Part shown: piece after piece, positions 39,252 through 48,506 of the stretch
Numbering within the stretch: position 1 is the stretch's first letter
Layout of the letters: the number at the start of each line of letters is the position of its first letter
Translations under genes and position numbers: made by a program
Origin: Elusimicrobiota bacterium
GTDB taxonomy: Bacteria; Elusimicrobiota; Elusimicrobia; F11
Direction: 5' to 3'
Assembly: GCA_044221725.1 (NCBI GenBank)
Contig: JBGAON010000002.1
Span: 224,001 to 288,000, forward strand
Length of the DNA stretch: 64,000 bases
Notes under the pieces: model-generated
The model's input: the letters and a program-made list of their open reading frames with translations, nothing else
Database searches by the model: none
What the model was told of the DNA's origin: nothing

Positions 39252-39965
39252 ATGGCGAAAGTTTCTATTTCTATTGCGATTCCCGCCTACAACGAAGAAG
39301 GAAACATCGAATTGGCCGTTCAATACGCCATTCGCGGGCTCAAAGATTACTTTTCGTCCTATGAAATCATTGTTGTGAACGATGGTAGCTCGGACAAGAC
39401 CGGCGAAATCATTAACCGCTTGGCCGCGACGAATCCCAACGTGAAGGCGCTTCATCACGCGAAGAATCAGGGAATGGGCGAAAGTTTGCACACGGGCTTC
39501 ATGGCGGCCACGAAAGAATACGTGGGGTCTTTCCCAGGCGATAACGGTTTTGATGTGGAATCCTGGGGCGATATGTTGCGTATTGTCGGAGAGGCCGACA
39601 TTGTGTCGTATTATCTCGGTAATCCCGAATTTCGTCCGTGGTACCGCCGCACCGTCTCGTGGAGCTACGTGACCTTATTGAACACGGTTTTCGGATTGTC
39701 GAACCACTATTACAACGGTCACGCGGTGTACCGCCGAGAAGACATTCAAACACTGCCGTATCTTACGAACGGCCACACGTTCTTGTCCGAATGTTTAATT
39801 CGATTGCAGAAGCGCGGACTCACTTTCAAGGAAGTGCCAACCATCCAGATCGAACGGAAAACCGGGAAGACCAAGGCGTTCACCGCGAGAAATTTCCGCG
39901 ATGTGTTCAAATTGTTGTTCCTGCTTCCGTTTGATATGTCCCGGCGTCTGCCGGCGGTTCAATGA
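39252..39965 (+). CDS. GT2, DPM-synthase-like
   Basis: IPAYNEE, NDGSSD, PGDN, ERKTGK. Confidence 0.85.
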   Translation: MAKVSISIAIPAYNEEGNIELAVQYAIRGLKDYFSSYEIIVVNDGSSDKTGEIINRLAATNPNVKALHHAKNQGMGESLHTGFMAATKEYVGSFPGDNGFDVESWGDMLRIVGEADIVSYYLGNPEFRPWYRRTVSWSYVTLLNTVFGLSNHYYNGHAVYRREDIQTLPYLTNGHTFLSECLIRLQKRGLTFKEVPTIQIERKTGKTKAFTARNFRDVFKLLFLLPFDMSRRLPAVQ

Positions 39966-40969
39966 CCGCGTTCACGTCGACACTCGTCACGGGCGGTCTC
40001 GGTTTTATCGGGAGTCATTTGGTGGATCGTTTGTTGGCGGATGGTTGCAACGTGTGCGTGCTCGACAATCTCGCCACGGGCCGCGAATCAAACCTGAAGC
40101 ACCATTCAAAAAATCCGAAGTTGAAAGTTTTTAAGGTGGATATCGCGACGGCTTCGGATCTCAATAAATATTTTGCGGGAATCGATGCGGTGTTTCACTT
40201 GGCGGCGTTGGCGGACATTGTGCCTTCCATCCAAAATCCGCTCGCGTACTTTGAGGCGAATGTCACCGGCACATCGCGTGTGCTCGAAGCGGCGCGCGCG
40301 GCGAACGTAAAGCGTTTCGCTTATGCGGCCTCGTCCTCCTGCTACGGAATTCCGGATGTTTATCCCACGCCCGAAACCGCCGCCATCAAACCGGAATACC
40401 CCTACGCGCTCACGAAAAATCTCGGCGAGCAATTGGTTTTGCATTGGGGAAAGATTTACAAAATGTCGGTTGTGTCCACGCGGTTCTTCAACGTCTACGG
40501 TCCACGTTCGCGCACGACGGGCGCCTACGGTGCGGTGTTCGGTGTTTTTCTTGCGCAGAAGTTGGCTGGGAAAAACCTTACGATTGTCGGCGATGGAACA
40601 CAGACGCGGGACTTTACTTTTGTTACGGACGTGGTCGATGCGATGATGAGCGCGGCAAAAAGCGATGCCAACGGCGAAATTTTTAATGTCGGCTCCGGAC
40701 AAACCGTATCGGTTAACCGCATCGCCGAATTGATTGGCGGAACGAAATCCTACATTCCGAAACGGCCTGGCGAACCCGATTCAACATTCGCCGATATCTC
40801 AAAGATTAAAAGAACGCTGGGGTGGAGCCCGAAGGTGCCCATTGAGCAAGGGGTTCAAACGATGATGAGCAGCATTTCCGATTGGAAAGACGCGCCCGTG
40901 TGGACACCCGAAACAATCGCCGACGCGACAAAGGACTGGTTTAAATATTTGTCAAAGGAGACGGCGTGA
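39962..40969 (+). CDS. NAD-dependent nucleotide-sugar epimerase/dehydratase
   Basis: TGGLGFIG, HLAA, YALTK, RFFNVYGP. Confidence 0.9.
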   Translation: MTAFTSTLVTGGLGFIGSHLVDRLLADGCNVCVLDNLATGRESNLKHHSKNPKLKVFKVDIATASDLNKYFAGIDAVFHLAALADIVPSIQNPLAYFEANVTGTSRVLEAARAANVKRFAYAASSSCYGIPDVYPTPETAAIKPEYPYALTKNLGEQLVLHWGKIYKMSVVSTRFFNVYGPRSRTTGAYGAVFGVFLAQKLAGKNLTIVGDGTQTRDFTFVTDVVDAMMSAAKSDANGEIFNVGSGQTVSVNRIAELIGGTKSYIPKRPGEPDSTFADISKIKRTLGWSPKVPIEQGVQTMMSSISDWKDAPVWTPETIADATKDWFKYLSKETA

Positions 40970-42495
40970 GAACGGTAAACGAAAAGATCCGGCATATTGG
41001 TGAGCTCGCCTCCGAACTCGAGCACGAACGCAAGAAGCGAAAGAAGATTGTGCTCTGCCATGGCGTGTTTGATTTGATGCACCCGGGGCATATCCTTTAT
41101 TTTCAGGGCGCAAAAAAGCATGGGGATGTTTTGGTCGTGACGGTCACGCCCGATAACTTTGTCAACAAAGGCCCCGGCCGTCCGGTGTTCAATCAGCGGC
41201 TTCGCATGGAATCGATCGCGTCGCTTGAGTGCGTGGACTACGTGGCGCTGAACGAATGGCCGACCGCGGTGGAAACAATTCGCCGGCTAAAGCCCCACGT
41301 GTACGCCAAGGGCCAAGATTACGCGAACGCGGCTTCCGACATCACGGGCCAGATCCGCAACGAGATGGCGGCCGTGAAAGCGGTGGGTGGGAAAACGGTT
41401 TTCACAAACGAGCAGGCTTTCAGCTCGAGCAGCCTCATTAACAAGTTTTTCGATGTCTATCCGCCCGCCACGAGCCAGTATTTAAAAGACTTTCGAAACA
41501 AGCACACGGCGTCCGATATTTTCAAGTTGTTTAAAGAGGCGTCGAAATTAAAAGGACTCGTCATCGGCGAGGCGATCTTGGATCAGTACTGTTATTGCAA
41601 CCCGATGGCGAAGAGTCCAAAGGAAACCATCGTCGCCTCGCGTTTCTTGTCCGAGGAGAATTTTCCGGGCGGAAGCCTCGCGATCGCCAATCACTTGGCC
41701 GGAATTTGCAAATCGGTCACGCTCGTGACGGCAATGGGGAAAGAACCGCACATTCTCAAGTATTTCAAGAAAAAACTTCGTTCGAACGTTCAATTTCGTC
41801 CGCACTTTATGAACAACGCGCCCACGATAACGAAGCGACGTTACGTGGAACCTAACTTTCTTACGAAAATGTTTGAGATTCAATATTTGGATGATTCTTT
41901 GCTCTCGCCATCCGAAGAATCTCAGATCGTGAACGAGCTGCGCGACATGCTGCCCAAATACGACTTCGTGGTGGTGGCCGATTATGGGCATGGACTGTTC
42001 ACGCAGCGGCTGCGAGACGAGGTCTGCAGCCTGGCCAAATTCCTTTGCGTGAACACGCAAACGAACAGCGCGAACTACGGTTTCAACGTGGCAACCAAAT
42101 ACCACAAAGCCGATTTCGTTTCGATCGATGAACCGGAATTGAAGCTGGCACTGCGCACCAAGGTGGGCGATGTTGCTTCGCTGGCGCAGCGCCTGCGCGA
42201 CGAAATTAAATCCCGCATGTTGCTCGTAAGCTTGGGCCATAACGGGTCGGTCATCGTGAGCAACCGGAACAGCACGTTTAAAACGCCGATTTTCTCGGGA
42301 CGTGTGGTTGACCGTATCGGTGCGGGCGACGCGGTGTTCGCGATCACATCGCCGTTCGTGTTCAACGGCGTTTCGGAAGATATCATTGGTTTCTTGGGGA
42401 GCTGCGCGGGCGCGATGGCGGTCGGCACCGTTTGTAACCGCGATCCTATTGATCCGGTTCAGCTTCAGAAATTTATTACGGGACTTATGAAATGA
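40966..42495 (+). CDS. Bifunctional nucleotidyltransferase plus PfkB kinase (HldE/RfaE-like, reversed domain order)
   Basis: N-terminal HGVFDLMHPGH (HxGH); C-terminal DYGHG and DRIGAGD. Confidence 0.85.
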   Translation: MRTVNEKIRHIGELASELEHERKKRKKIVLCHGVFDLMHPGHILYFQGAKKHGDVLVVTVTPDNFVNKGPGRPVFNQRLRMESIASLECVDYVALNEWPTAVETIRRLKPHVYAKGQDYANAASDITGQIRNEMAAVKAVGGKTVFTNEQAFSSSSLINKFFDVYPPATSQYLKDFRNKHTASDIFKLFKEASKLKGLVIGEAILDQYCYCNPMAKSPKETIVASRFLSEENFPGGSLAIANHLAGICKSVTLVTAMGKEPHILKYFKKKLRSNVQFRPHFMNNAPTITKRRYVEPNFLTKMFEIQYLDDSLLSPSEESQIVNELRDMLPKYDFVVVADYGHGLFTQRLRDEVCSLAKFLCVNTQTNSANYGFNVATKYHKADFVSIDEPELKLALRTKVGDVASLAQRLRDEIKSRMLLVSLGHNGSVIVSNRNSTFKTPIFSGRVVDRIGAGDAVFAITSPFVFNGVSEDIIGFLGSCAGAMAVGTVCNRDPIDPVQLQKFITGLMK

Positions 42496-43490
42496 CGAAA
42501 TTTAAATCCGTTTGCGTGATTGGGGGCGCCGGTTATGTGGGCGCTGTGCTCGTGCCAAAGTTGCTTGAGAAAGGCTACGAGGTCCGCGTGCTGGATCTTT
42601 TTATTTATGGCGATGACGTGTTTGGCAGCGCCGCCAAAAATCCGCGACTGAAATCGGTCAAGGGCGATATTCGCAGCAAAACGGATCTCGAAAAGGCGGT
42701 TCCAGGTTCGGACGCCATTATTCATTTGGCGTGCATTTCCAACGACCCAAGTTTTGAACTGAATCCGGAGCTCGGGAAATCGATCAACTACGATCCGTTT
42801 CCGATGCTCATCGACCTCGCGAAGAAATCGAACGTGAAGCGGTTTGTGTACGCGTCGAGCTCAAGCGTTTATGGCGTTAAAGATACGCCCAACGTGAACG
42901 AAGAACTTTCACTTGAGCCGCTCACCGATTACTCGAAGTACAAAGCGCTTTGCGAGAAAATTTTGCTCGATGCCAAGGCGCCGAGTTTTGTACCGCTCGT
43001 TTTGAGGCCGGCGACCGTTTGTGGCTATTCACCGCGATTGCGACTCGACTTGTCGGTCAACATCCTCACGAACCACGCCATTAACAAAGGAAAGATAACC
43101 GTGTTCGGCGGTGACCAAATGCGGCCGAACATCCATATCGACGATGTCACTGATCTGTACGTGCAGTCGCTCGAATGGCCCGATGAGAAGATCAATGGCA
43201 AAATTTTTAATGTCGGCTACGAAAACCACACGGTCATGCAGCTCGCCGAGATCGTGAAGAAAGAAGTGGGCAGCAACGTGCAGATCGTTGTCGAACCCAC
43301 AAAAGATCATCGCTCGTATCACATTTCATCTGAAAAAATAAAACGCGAGCTTGGTTTTGTTCCAAAGAAAACGATTAACGATGCCGTGCGCGATCTCGTG
43401 AAAGCGTTTAAAGCGGGGCTTATTCCCGATTCGATGAAAGCGAGCCGCTATTACAACATCAAGCGCATGCAGGAGCTCAATTTAAAGTGA
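42492..43490 (+). CDS. NAD-dependent nucleotide-sugar epimerase/dehydratase
   Basis: GGAGYVG, HLACISNDP, SSSSVYG, YSKYK. Confidence 0.9.
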   Translation: MTKFKSVCVIGGAGYVGAVLVPKLLEKGYEVRVLDLFIYGDDVFGSAAKNPRLKSVKGDIRSKTDLEKAVPGSDAIIHLACISNDPSFELNPELGKSINYDPFPMLIDLAKKSNVKRFVYASSSSVYGVKDTPNVNEELSLEPLTDYSKYKALCEKILLDAKAPSFVPLVLRPATVCGYSPRLRLDLSVNILTNHAINKGKITVFGGDQMRPNIHIDDVTDLYVQSLEWPDEKINGKIFNVGYENHTVMQLAEIVKKEVGSNVQIVVEPTKDHRSYHISSEKIKRELGFVPKKTINDAVRDLVKAFKAGLIPDSMKASRYYNIKRMQELNLK

Positions 43491-44311
43491 AAGCAGCCGC
43501 TTCCGTCGATCTCGAAAAAATTGCCGCGCAGATCCGTGGGAAGCTTGTTGAAATGTCGCACCGTGCCGAGACGCCGCATCTCGGTGGATCGCTTTCCTGT
43601 GTGGATATTCTCGTCGCGCTCTACTGGGGCGTGTTAAAAATTGATCCGAAGAACGCCACCGACAATTCCCGCGATCGATTTATTTTCAGTAAAGGCCACG
43701 CCGCCACCGCGCTGTATACAGCGCTTGCTCTCAAAGGTTTCATTGATCCCGCCATGCTCGACACCTACGCCGAAGCCGGCAGCCCGCTTTGCGAGCATCC
43801 CGGACCGCAATGCGTCCCGGGCGTGGAAGCGGCGACCGGGTCCTTGGGACACGGATTGCCGATCGCGGTTGGAATGGCGCTCGCCGCGCGCGTGAAGAAA
43901 GAGAAGCATCGTGTGTTTGCCCTTTTGTCCGATGGCGAATGCGATGAAGGTTCGGTTTGGGAAGCGGCGATGTTTGCGGGCGGGCAGAAGCTGAACACGC
44001 TCACGGCGATTGTCGACTACAACAAATGGCAGGCGACCGGCCGCTCAAACGAAGTGATGGCACTCGCTCCGCTCAAACAGAAATGGGAAGCGTTTGGTTG
44101 GCACGCAGTGGAACTGAACGGTCACAATATTTCCGAATTGATTGCGGCCTTGAGTCTCGCACCACACGCGAGCGGTAAGCCTGTGGCCATCGTCGCGAAC
44201 ACCGTAAAAGGAAAAGGCATTTCGTTTATGGAAGACGACAACAATTGGCATTACCGAACGCCGACGGCCGAAGAAGTAGTGAAAGCGAAAAAAGAGTTGG
44301 GACTTCTGTGA
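43487..44311 (+). CDS. Transketolase, N-terminal (TPP-binding) subunit
   Basis: HLGGSLS, SKGHA, TGSLGHG, SDGECDEG, TVKGKG. Confidence 0.92.
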   Translation: MKAAASVDLEKIAAQIRGKLVEMSHRAETPHLGGSLSCVDILVALYWGVLKIDPKNATDNSRDRFIFSKGHAATALYTALALKGFIDPAMLDTYAEAGSPLCEHPGPQCVPGVEAATGSLGHGLPIAVGMALAARVKKEKHRVFALLSDGECDEGSVWEAAMFAGGQKLNTLTAIVDYNKWQATGRSNEVMALAPLKQKWEAFGWHAVELNGHNISELIAALSLAPHASGKPVAIVANTVKGKGISFMEDDNNWHYRTPTAEEVVKAKKELGLL

Positions 44312-45237
44312 GAAACGCGTTCGCCGCCGAAATCACCGCGCTTGGAAAGTCCGATCCCTCCATCGTTCTTTTGTCGGGCGACATCGGTAACAAACTTTTT
44401 GACAACTACAAAGCCGCGCAAGCCGATCGTTTCTTCAATTGCGGCGTTGCCGAGCAAAACATGGTTGGTGTCGCGGCCGGGATGGCGCTTTCGGGACTTC
44501 GCCCGGTTGTCTACACGATCAATTCGTTTTTGATTGGGCGAAGCTTCGAGCAAATTCGGTTGGATGTTTGCTACCACAATTTGCCGGTCGTGCTCGTCGG
44601 CGTTGGAGGCGGACTCGGCTACGCGTCGCTGGGTCCGACGCATCACTCGCTCGAAGATGTGGCGATTCTTAAATCGTTGCCCAATCTCACGATTCTGTGC
44701 CCGGCCGATCCCGTCGAGACGAGGGTGATGTTGCGCGAAGCGGTTAAACAGAAAGGTCCGGTGTTCATTCGTATCGGGAAAAAAGGCGAAGAGGTGATGC
44801 ACAAAGAACCTTTGTCGTACAAATGGGGAGACGCCATCACGATCACAGAGGGGAAAGACGTTTGCTTGCTTTCGACCGGCGTGGTGTTGCCGCTTGCGCG
44901 CGATGTGGCAAAAAAACTTTCCGAAAAAAATATAACGTCTCGCGTCGTTAGCGTGCCGATGATAAAGCCGCTCAACGAAGCGCTGCTTAAATCGGTGTTC
45001 GCGAATTTTTCTGCGGTCGTAAGTGTCGAAGAACATTTCCGCATTGGCGGTTTTGGGGCGAGCGTTGCGGAATGGCTTGCGGATCAAGGTCCGCAAAAAG
45101 CGACATTCCTGCGATACGGCACCGCGGACGAGTTTATGCACGAAGCCTCGACGCTGGAGTACGCGCGCGAGAAATTGGGTTTGTCGGAACAAAAAATAAT
45201 TTCGGATATCGAGAAATCGTTGAGGAGGACGTCTTGA
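44308..45237 (+). CDS. Transketolase, C-terminal subunit
   Basis: GVAEQNM, EQIRLD, GPTHHS, EEH. Confidence 0.92.
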   Translation: MRNAFAAEITALGKSDPSIVLLSGDIGNKLFDNYKAAQADRFFNCGVAEQNMVGVAAGMALSGLRPVVYTINSFLIGRSFEQIRLDVCYHNLPVVLVGVGGGLGYASLGPTHHSLEDVAILKSLPNLTILCPADPVETRVMLREAVKQKGPVFIRIGKKGEEVMHKEPLSYKWGDAITITEGKDVCLLSTGVVLPLARDVAKKLSEKNITSRVVSVPMIKPLNEALLKSVFANFSAVVSVEEHFRIGGFGASVAEWLADQGPQKATFLRYGTADEFMHEASTLEYAREKLGLSEQKIISDIEKSLRRTS

Positions 45238-46271
45238 AAACCAGCACCGCTGTTTTAGTTGAACTTGGAAAACCTTTGGAGATTGCCGATCTTGAAATCC
45301 CGTCGCTGCAACCGGGACAATCGATTGTTGAAATCTTGGTGAGCGGCATTTGTCAGACGCAACTGCTCGAGGCGCGTGGATACAAAGGCGAAGACAAATT
45401 TTTGCCGCACTGCTTGGGGCACGAAGGAATCGGTATTGTTCGCGAAGTGGGGCCCGGCGTCAAGAAAGTGAAAGTGGACGACACAGTGGTTCTCTCGTGG
45501 ATGAAAGGATCCGGTTTTGAAGTGCCGAGCACGAAATACGTCTGGAGCGGCAAAACTGTGAATTCGGGAGCGATCACGACGTTTGGTCGCTATTCGGTGA
45601 TTAGCGAAAACCGACTGAACAAAGTTTCACCGGATTTCCCGAAAAAAGAATCGGCGTTTTTTGGTTGTGCGCTTCCCACCGGAATGGGTGCGGTGCTCAA
45701 CACCGCGCGCGCGCAAGCCGGACAAAGCTTGGCGGTGTTTGGCGTGGGCGGGGTCGGACTTTTCGCAATTATGGGCGCTGTGGTGGCCGGTTGTTATCCG
45801 GTGATTGCGGTTGACGTGAACCAAATGAAGCTGGATGCCGCAAAAAAGATTGGCGCGACGCACACGGTGCTCGTAAAAGGGGACAACGTTCTCAAAGATT
45901 TGGCGGCCATCGTTCCGGAGGGTTTGGATTTTGCGATTGAAGCGTCCGGCCAGCCGATCGCGATGCAACAAGCTCTTGAAAGTGTTCGGCCGCGCGGTGG
46001 AACGGCGGTTGTCATCGGGAATGCGAAGCACGGCAGCAAGATCGAAGTGAATCCTCGGCAATTGAACGATGGAAAGCGGTTGCTGGGCACCTGGGGTGGC
46101 GACAACGACCCGGACGTTCATTTTCCGCGGTACTTCAAGCTCTTCCAATCAGGCCGGATCAAAACCGATTTGTTCACCACGAATGTTTACCCGCTCGGTC
46201 AGATCAATCGCGCGATGGACGAACTCGAAGCCGGAAAAGTGGTGCGACCGCTTATTGACATGAAGATCTGA
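45234..46271 (+). CDS. Zn-dependent medium-chain alcohol dehydrogenase
   Basis: GICQTQ, LGHEG, GCALPTG, GVGGVG; no structural-Zn Cys loop. Confidence 0.88.
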   Translation: MKTSTAVLVELGKPLEIADLEIPSLQPGQSIVEILVSGICQTQLLEARGYKGEDKFLPHCLGHEGIGIVREVGPGVKKVKVDDTVVLSWMKGSGFEVPSTKYVWSGKTVNSGAITTFGRYSVISENRLNKVSPDFPKKESAFFGCALPTGMGAVLNTARAQAGQSLAVFGVGGVGLFAIMGAVVAGCYPVIAVDVNQMKLDAAKKIGATHTVLVKGDNVLKDLAAIVPEGLDFAIEASGQPIAMQQALESVRPRGGTAVVIGNAKHGSKIEVNPRQLNDGKRLLGTWGGDNDPDVHFPRYFKLFQSGRIKTDLFTTNVYPLGQINRAMDELEAGKVVRPLIDMKI

Positions 46272-46843
46272 TGCGGATTGGCATCGACTTCGACAACACG
46301 ATTGTCTGTTTCGATCCGCTGTTCTTGTCGGCCGCCCGCCAGAAAAAATTAATCCCTGCGAAGGCTCCGCTTTCCAAAAAAGGAATTCACGATTGGCTGC
46401 ACGCCGAAAAGAAAAACGATGAATGGACGCGTCTGCAGGGCATCGTGTACGGCCAGCTAATCGCGAAGGCCGAGCCATTCCCCGGGGTGAGCGATTTTTT
46501 CGCCAAAGCCAGAGAAAAGGGTCACGAGCTCCTTATTATTAGCCACAAGACCGCCAAGTCCGCGCTGTCGCCGTTTACGGATTTGCACGGACCCGCGTAC
46601 GCGTGGCTGACCGCGCACGAATTTACGGAGAAAGCGTTTTTTGAACCCACACAGGAACAGAAAATCAAACGCATCGCCGCCATGAAGTGCGATGTCGTGA
46701 TTGATGATCTGCTCGAATTTCTTGAGCGCCCTGACTTCCCATCTTCGGTTAGAAAGATCCTGTTCGATCCGCACAACGAACACAAGAAGGTATCGTTCGA
46801 ACGCGAAACGTCTTGGCAAGGTTTGGCGCGCCTGCTTCTGTGA
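46271..46843 (+). CDS. HAD-superfamily phosphatase
   Basis: GIDFDNTI (DxD), SHK, IDD. Confidence 0.8.
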   Translation: MRIGIDFDNTIVCFDPLFLSAARQKKLIPAKAPLSKKGIHDWLHAEKKNDEWTRLQGIVYGQLIAKAEPFPGVSDFFAKAREKGHELLIISHKTAKSALSPFTDLHGPAYAWLTAHEFTEKAFFEPTQEQKIKRIAAMKCDVVIDDLLEFLERPDFPSSVRKILFDPHNEHKKVSFERETSWQGLARLLL

Positions 46844-47805
46844 GCAACTCCTTCCAAATGATTCCGCTCGGAGGGGCGGGAAACAACAAAGGTTTTCTTG
46901 TTCGGCGCGGCCCGAAGAAATATTTCCTGAAAGTGTATGCGCAGCACGCGGGGGACAAACGGAACCGGTTGCGAAACGAGTTTCGGTTTTGCGAATTCGC
47001 GTGGAAGCAGGGCCTTCGCTCCGTGCCAAAGCCGCTGGCGAAAGACGAGGTCGGGCGTCTCGGAATTTACGAGTTTGTTGAGGGGCGACCGCTCACCGAA
47101 TCCGATATCAATCGACGTCGGGTGACCGAAATGGCGACGTTTTTTGTCGAGCTGAACAAACACCGTGCTTCAAAGGCCGCCGCGCGATTGGCGGCCGCCT
47201 CCGAAGCGTGTTTTTCGATCAATGACCACCTTCTCCTCGTGGACGAGCGTGTTCGCCGGCTCCGTCGCATAAAACCCGTTACCCCGGTTCATCGCTTGGC
47301 CATTCGGTTCGTCTCATCGAAACTTGTTCCAACCTGGGCGGAAATAAAAAATGGTGTGCGACGCGGTGCGCGCGACGAAAAAGTTTCCGTCGCGGCTGTT
47401 TTGCCGCAAAAGTTGCGCTGTTTATCGCCGTCGGATTTCGGTTTTCACAACGCTATTCTCACGCCCAAAAATCGTCTGCGGTTCGTCGATTTTGAATATG
47501 CTGGCTGGGATGATCCGGCGAAGGGTATTTGCGACTTTATTTTGCAGCCGCGACTGCCATTCCCAAAGAAATTTTCGTCGGATTTTTTGAAACCCCTTCG
47601 ACGATATTTCCAAGCGGACGTCACATTGGGCGCACGTTGCCGATTGCTTTATCCGGTGCTCGCGCTCAAATGGAGTTGCATTGCTCTTAATTCGTTTTTG
47701 CCGGAGAGATTTGAATCCGGAAACGAAACTTCAAAAATGCTAATTCGACGCGTAAATAAAGCGAAAAATTACTTGAAGGAAGTTCGATTTCCGGTGATAT
47801 TTTAA
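46840..47805 (+). CDS. APH/choline-kinase-fold phosphotransferase
   Basis: GGAGNN, LKVY, PSDFGFHN, VDFEYAGWDDP. Confidence 0.82.
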   Translation: MSNSFQMIPLGGAGNNKGFLVRRGPKKYFLKVYAQHAGDKRNRLRNEFRFCEFAWKQGLRSVPKPLAKDEVGRLGIYEFVEGRPLTESDINRRRVTEMATFFVELNKHRASKAAARLAAASEACFSINDHLLLVDERVRRLRRIKPVTPVHRLAIRFVSSKLVPTWAEIKNGVRRGARDEKVSVAAVLPQKLRCLSPSDFGFHNAILTPKNRLRFVDFEYAGWDDPAKGICDFILQPRLPFPKKFSSDFLKPLRRYFQADVTLGARCRLLYPVLALKWSCIALNSFLPERFESGNETSKMLIRRVNKAKNYLKEVRFPVIF

Positions 47806-47823
47806 GCAGAAAGGAGTTGTTCG

Positions 47824-48486
47824 ATGGCTTACGTAGATTTCATCATGGGGTTACACAAATCCACCAAGCGCGATTATGTTCAACGCGTTGTGGAGTACGA
47901 CAAAGCCGAGTGCGCCGAGGTCGCCACGAAGTTTGGCAAAGATTATTGGGATGGCGACCGCAAATACGGCTACGGCGGCTACAAATACGACGGGCGCTGG
48001 CGCGCGATCGCCGAAGCGATGGTGAAACACTACAAGCTGAAACCCGATGCGAAAATCTTAGACGTGGGCTGCGGAAAAGGATTTCTGCTCTATGAATTTA
48101 TGCAAGTTCTTCCGAAGGCGCAGGTCACTGGAATTGATATCTCATCGTATGGAATTGAAAACGCAAAACCGGAGGTAAAGCCGTTTTTGCAAGTGGGAAA
48201 CGCGACGAAGCTTCCGTTTCCGGACAAGTCGTTTGATTTTGTGGTCTCGATCACGACGTTTCATAACCTGCGCAATTACGAATTGTGGTCCGCGTTAAAA
48301 GAGGTTGAACGCGTGGGCAGAGGTGCCAAACACATTATCATCGAATCCTTCCGCAACGAGCGGGAGAAAGCGAATCTGCTTTATTGGCAACTCACGTGCC
48401 GGAGCTTTTACTCACCCGATGAATGGGAATGGATTTTTAAACAAACCGGTTACACCGGCGACTATTCGTACATTGTTTTCGAGTAA
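47824..48486 (+). CDS. Class I SAM-dependent methyltransferase
   Basis: YWDGDRKYGYGGY, LDVGCGKG, LPFPDKSFD; AGGAG RBS upstream. Confidence 0.88.
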   Translation: MAYVDFIMGLHKSTKRDYVQRVVEYDKAECAEVATKFGKDYWDGDRKYGYGGYKYDGRWRAIAEAMVKHYKLKPDAKILDVGCGKGFLLYEFMQVLPKAQVTGIDISSYGIENAKPEVKPFLQVGNATKLPFPDKSFDFVVSITTFHNLRNYELWSALKEVERVGRGAKHIIIESFRNEREKANLLYWQLTCRSFYSPDEWEWIFKQTGYTGDYSYIVFE

Positions 48487-48506
48487 GTGCATGATCAGCC
48501 CGCCCC

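Noticed and set aside
46840..47805. Aminoglycoside resistance gene
   Set aside because: Only the kinase fold is shared; divergent PSDFGFHN motif and embedding in a sugar pathway argue for a biosynthetic role
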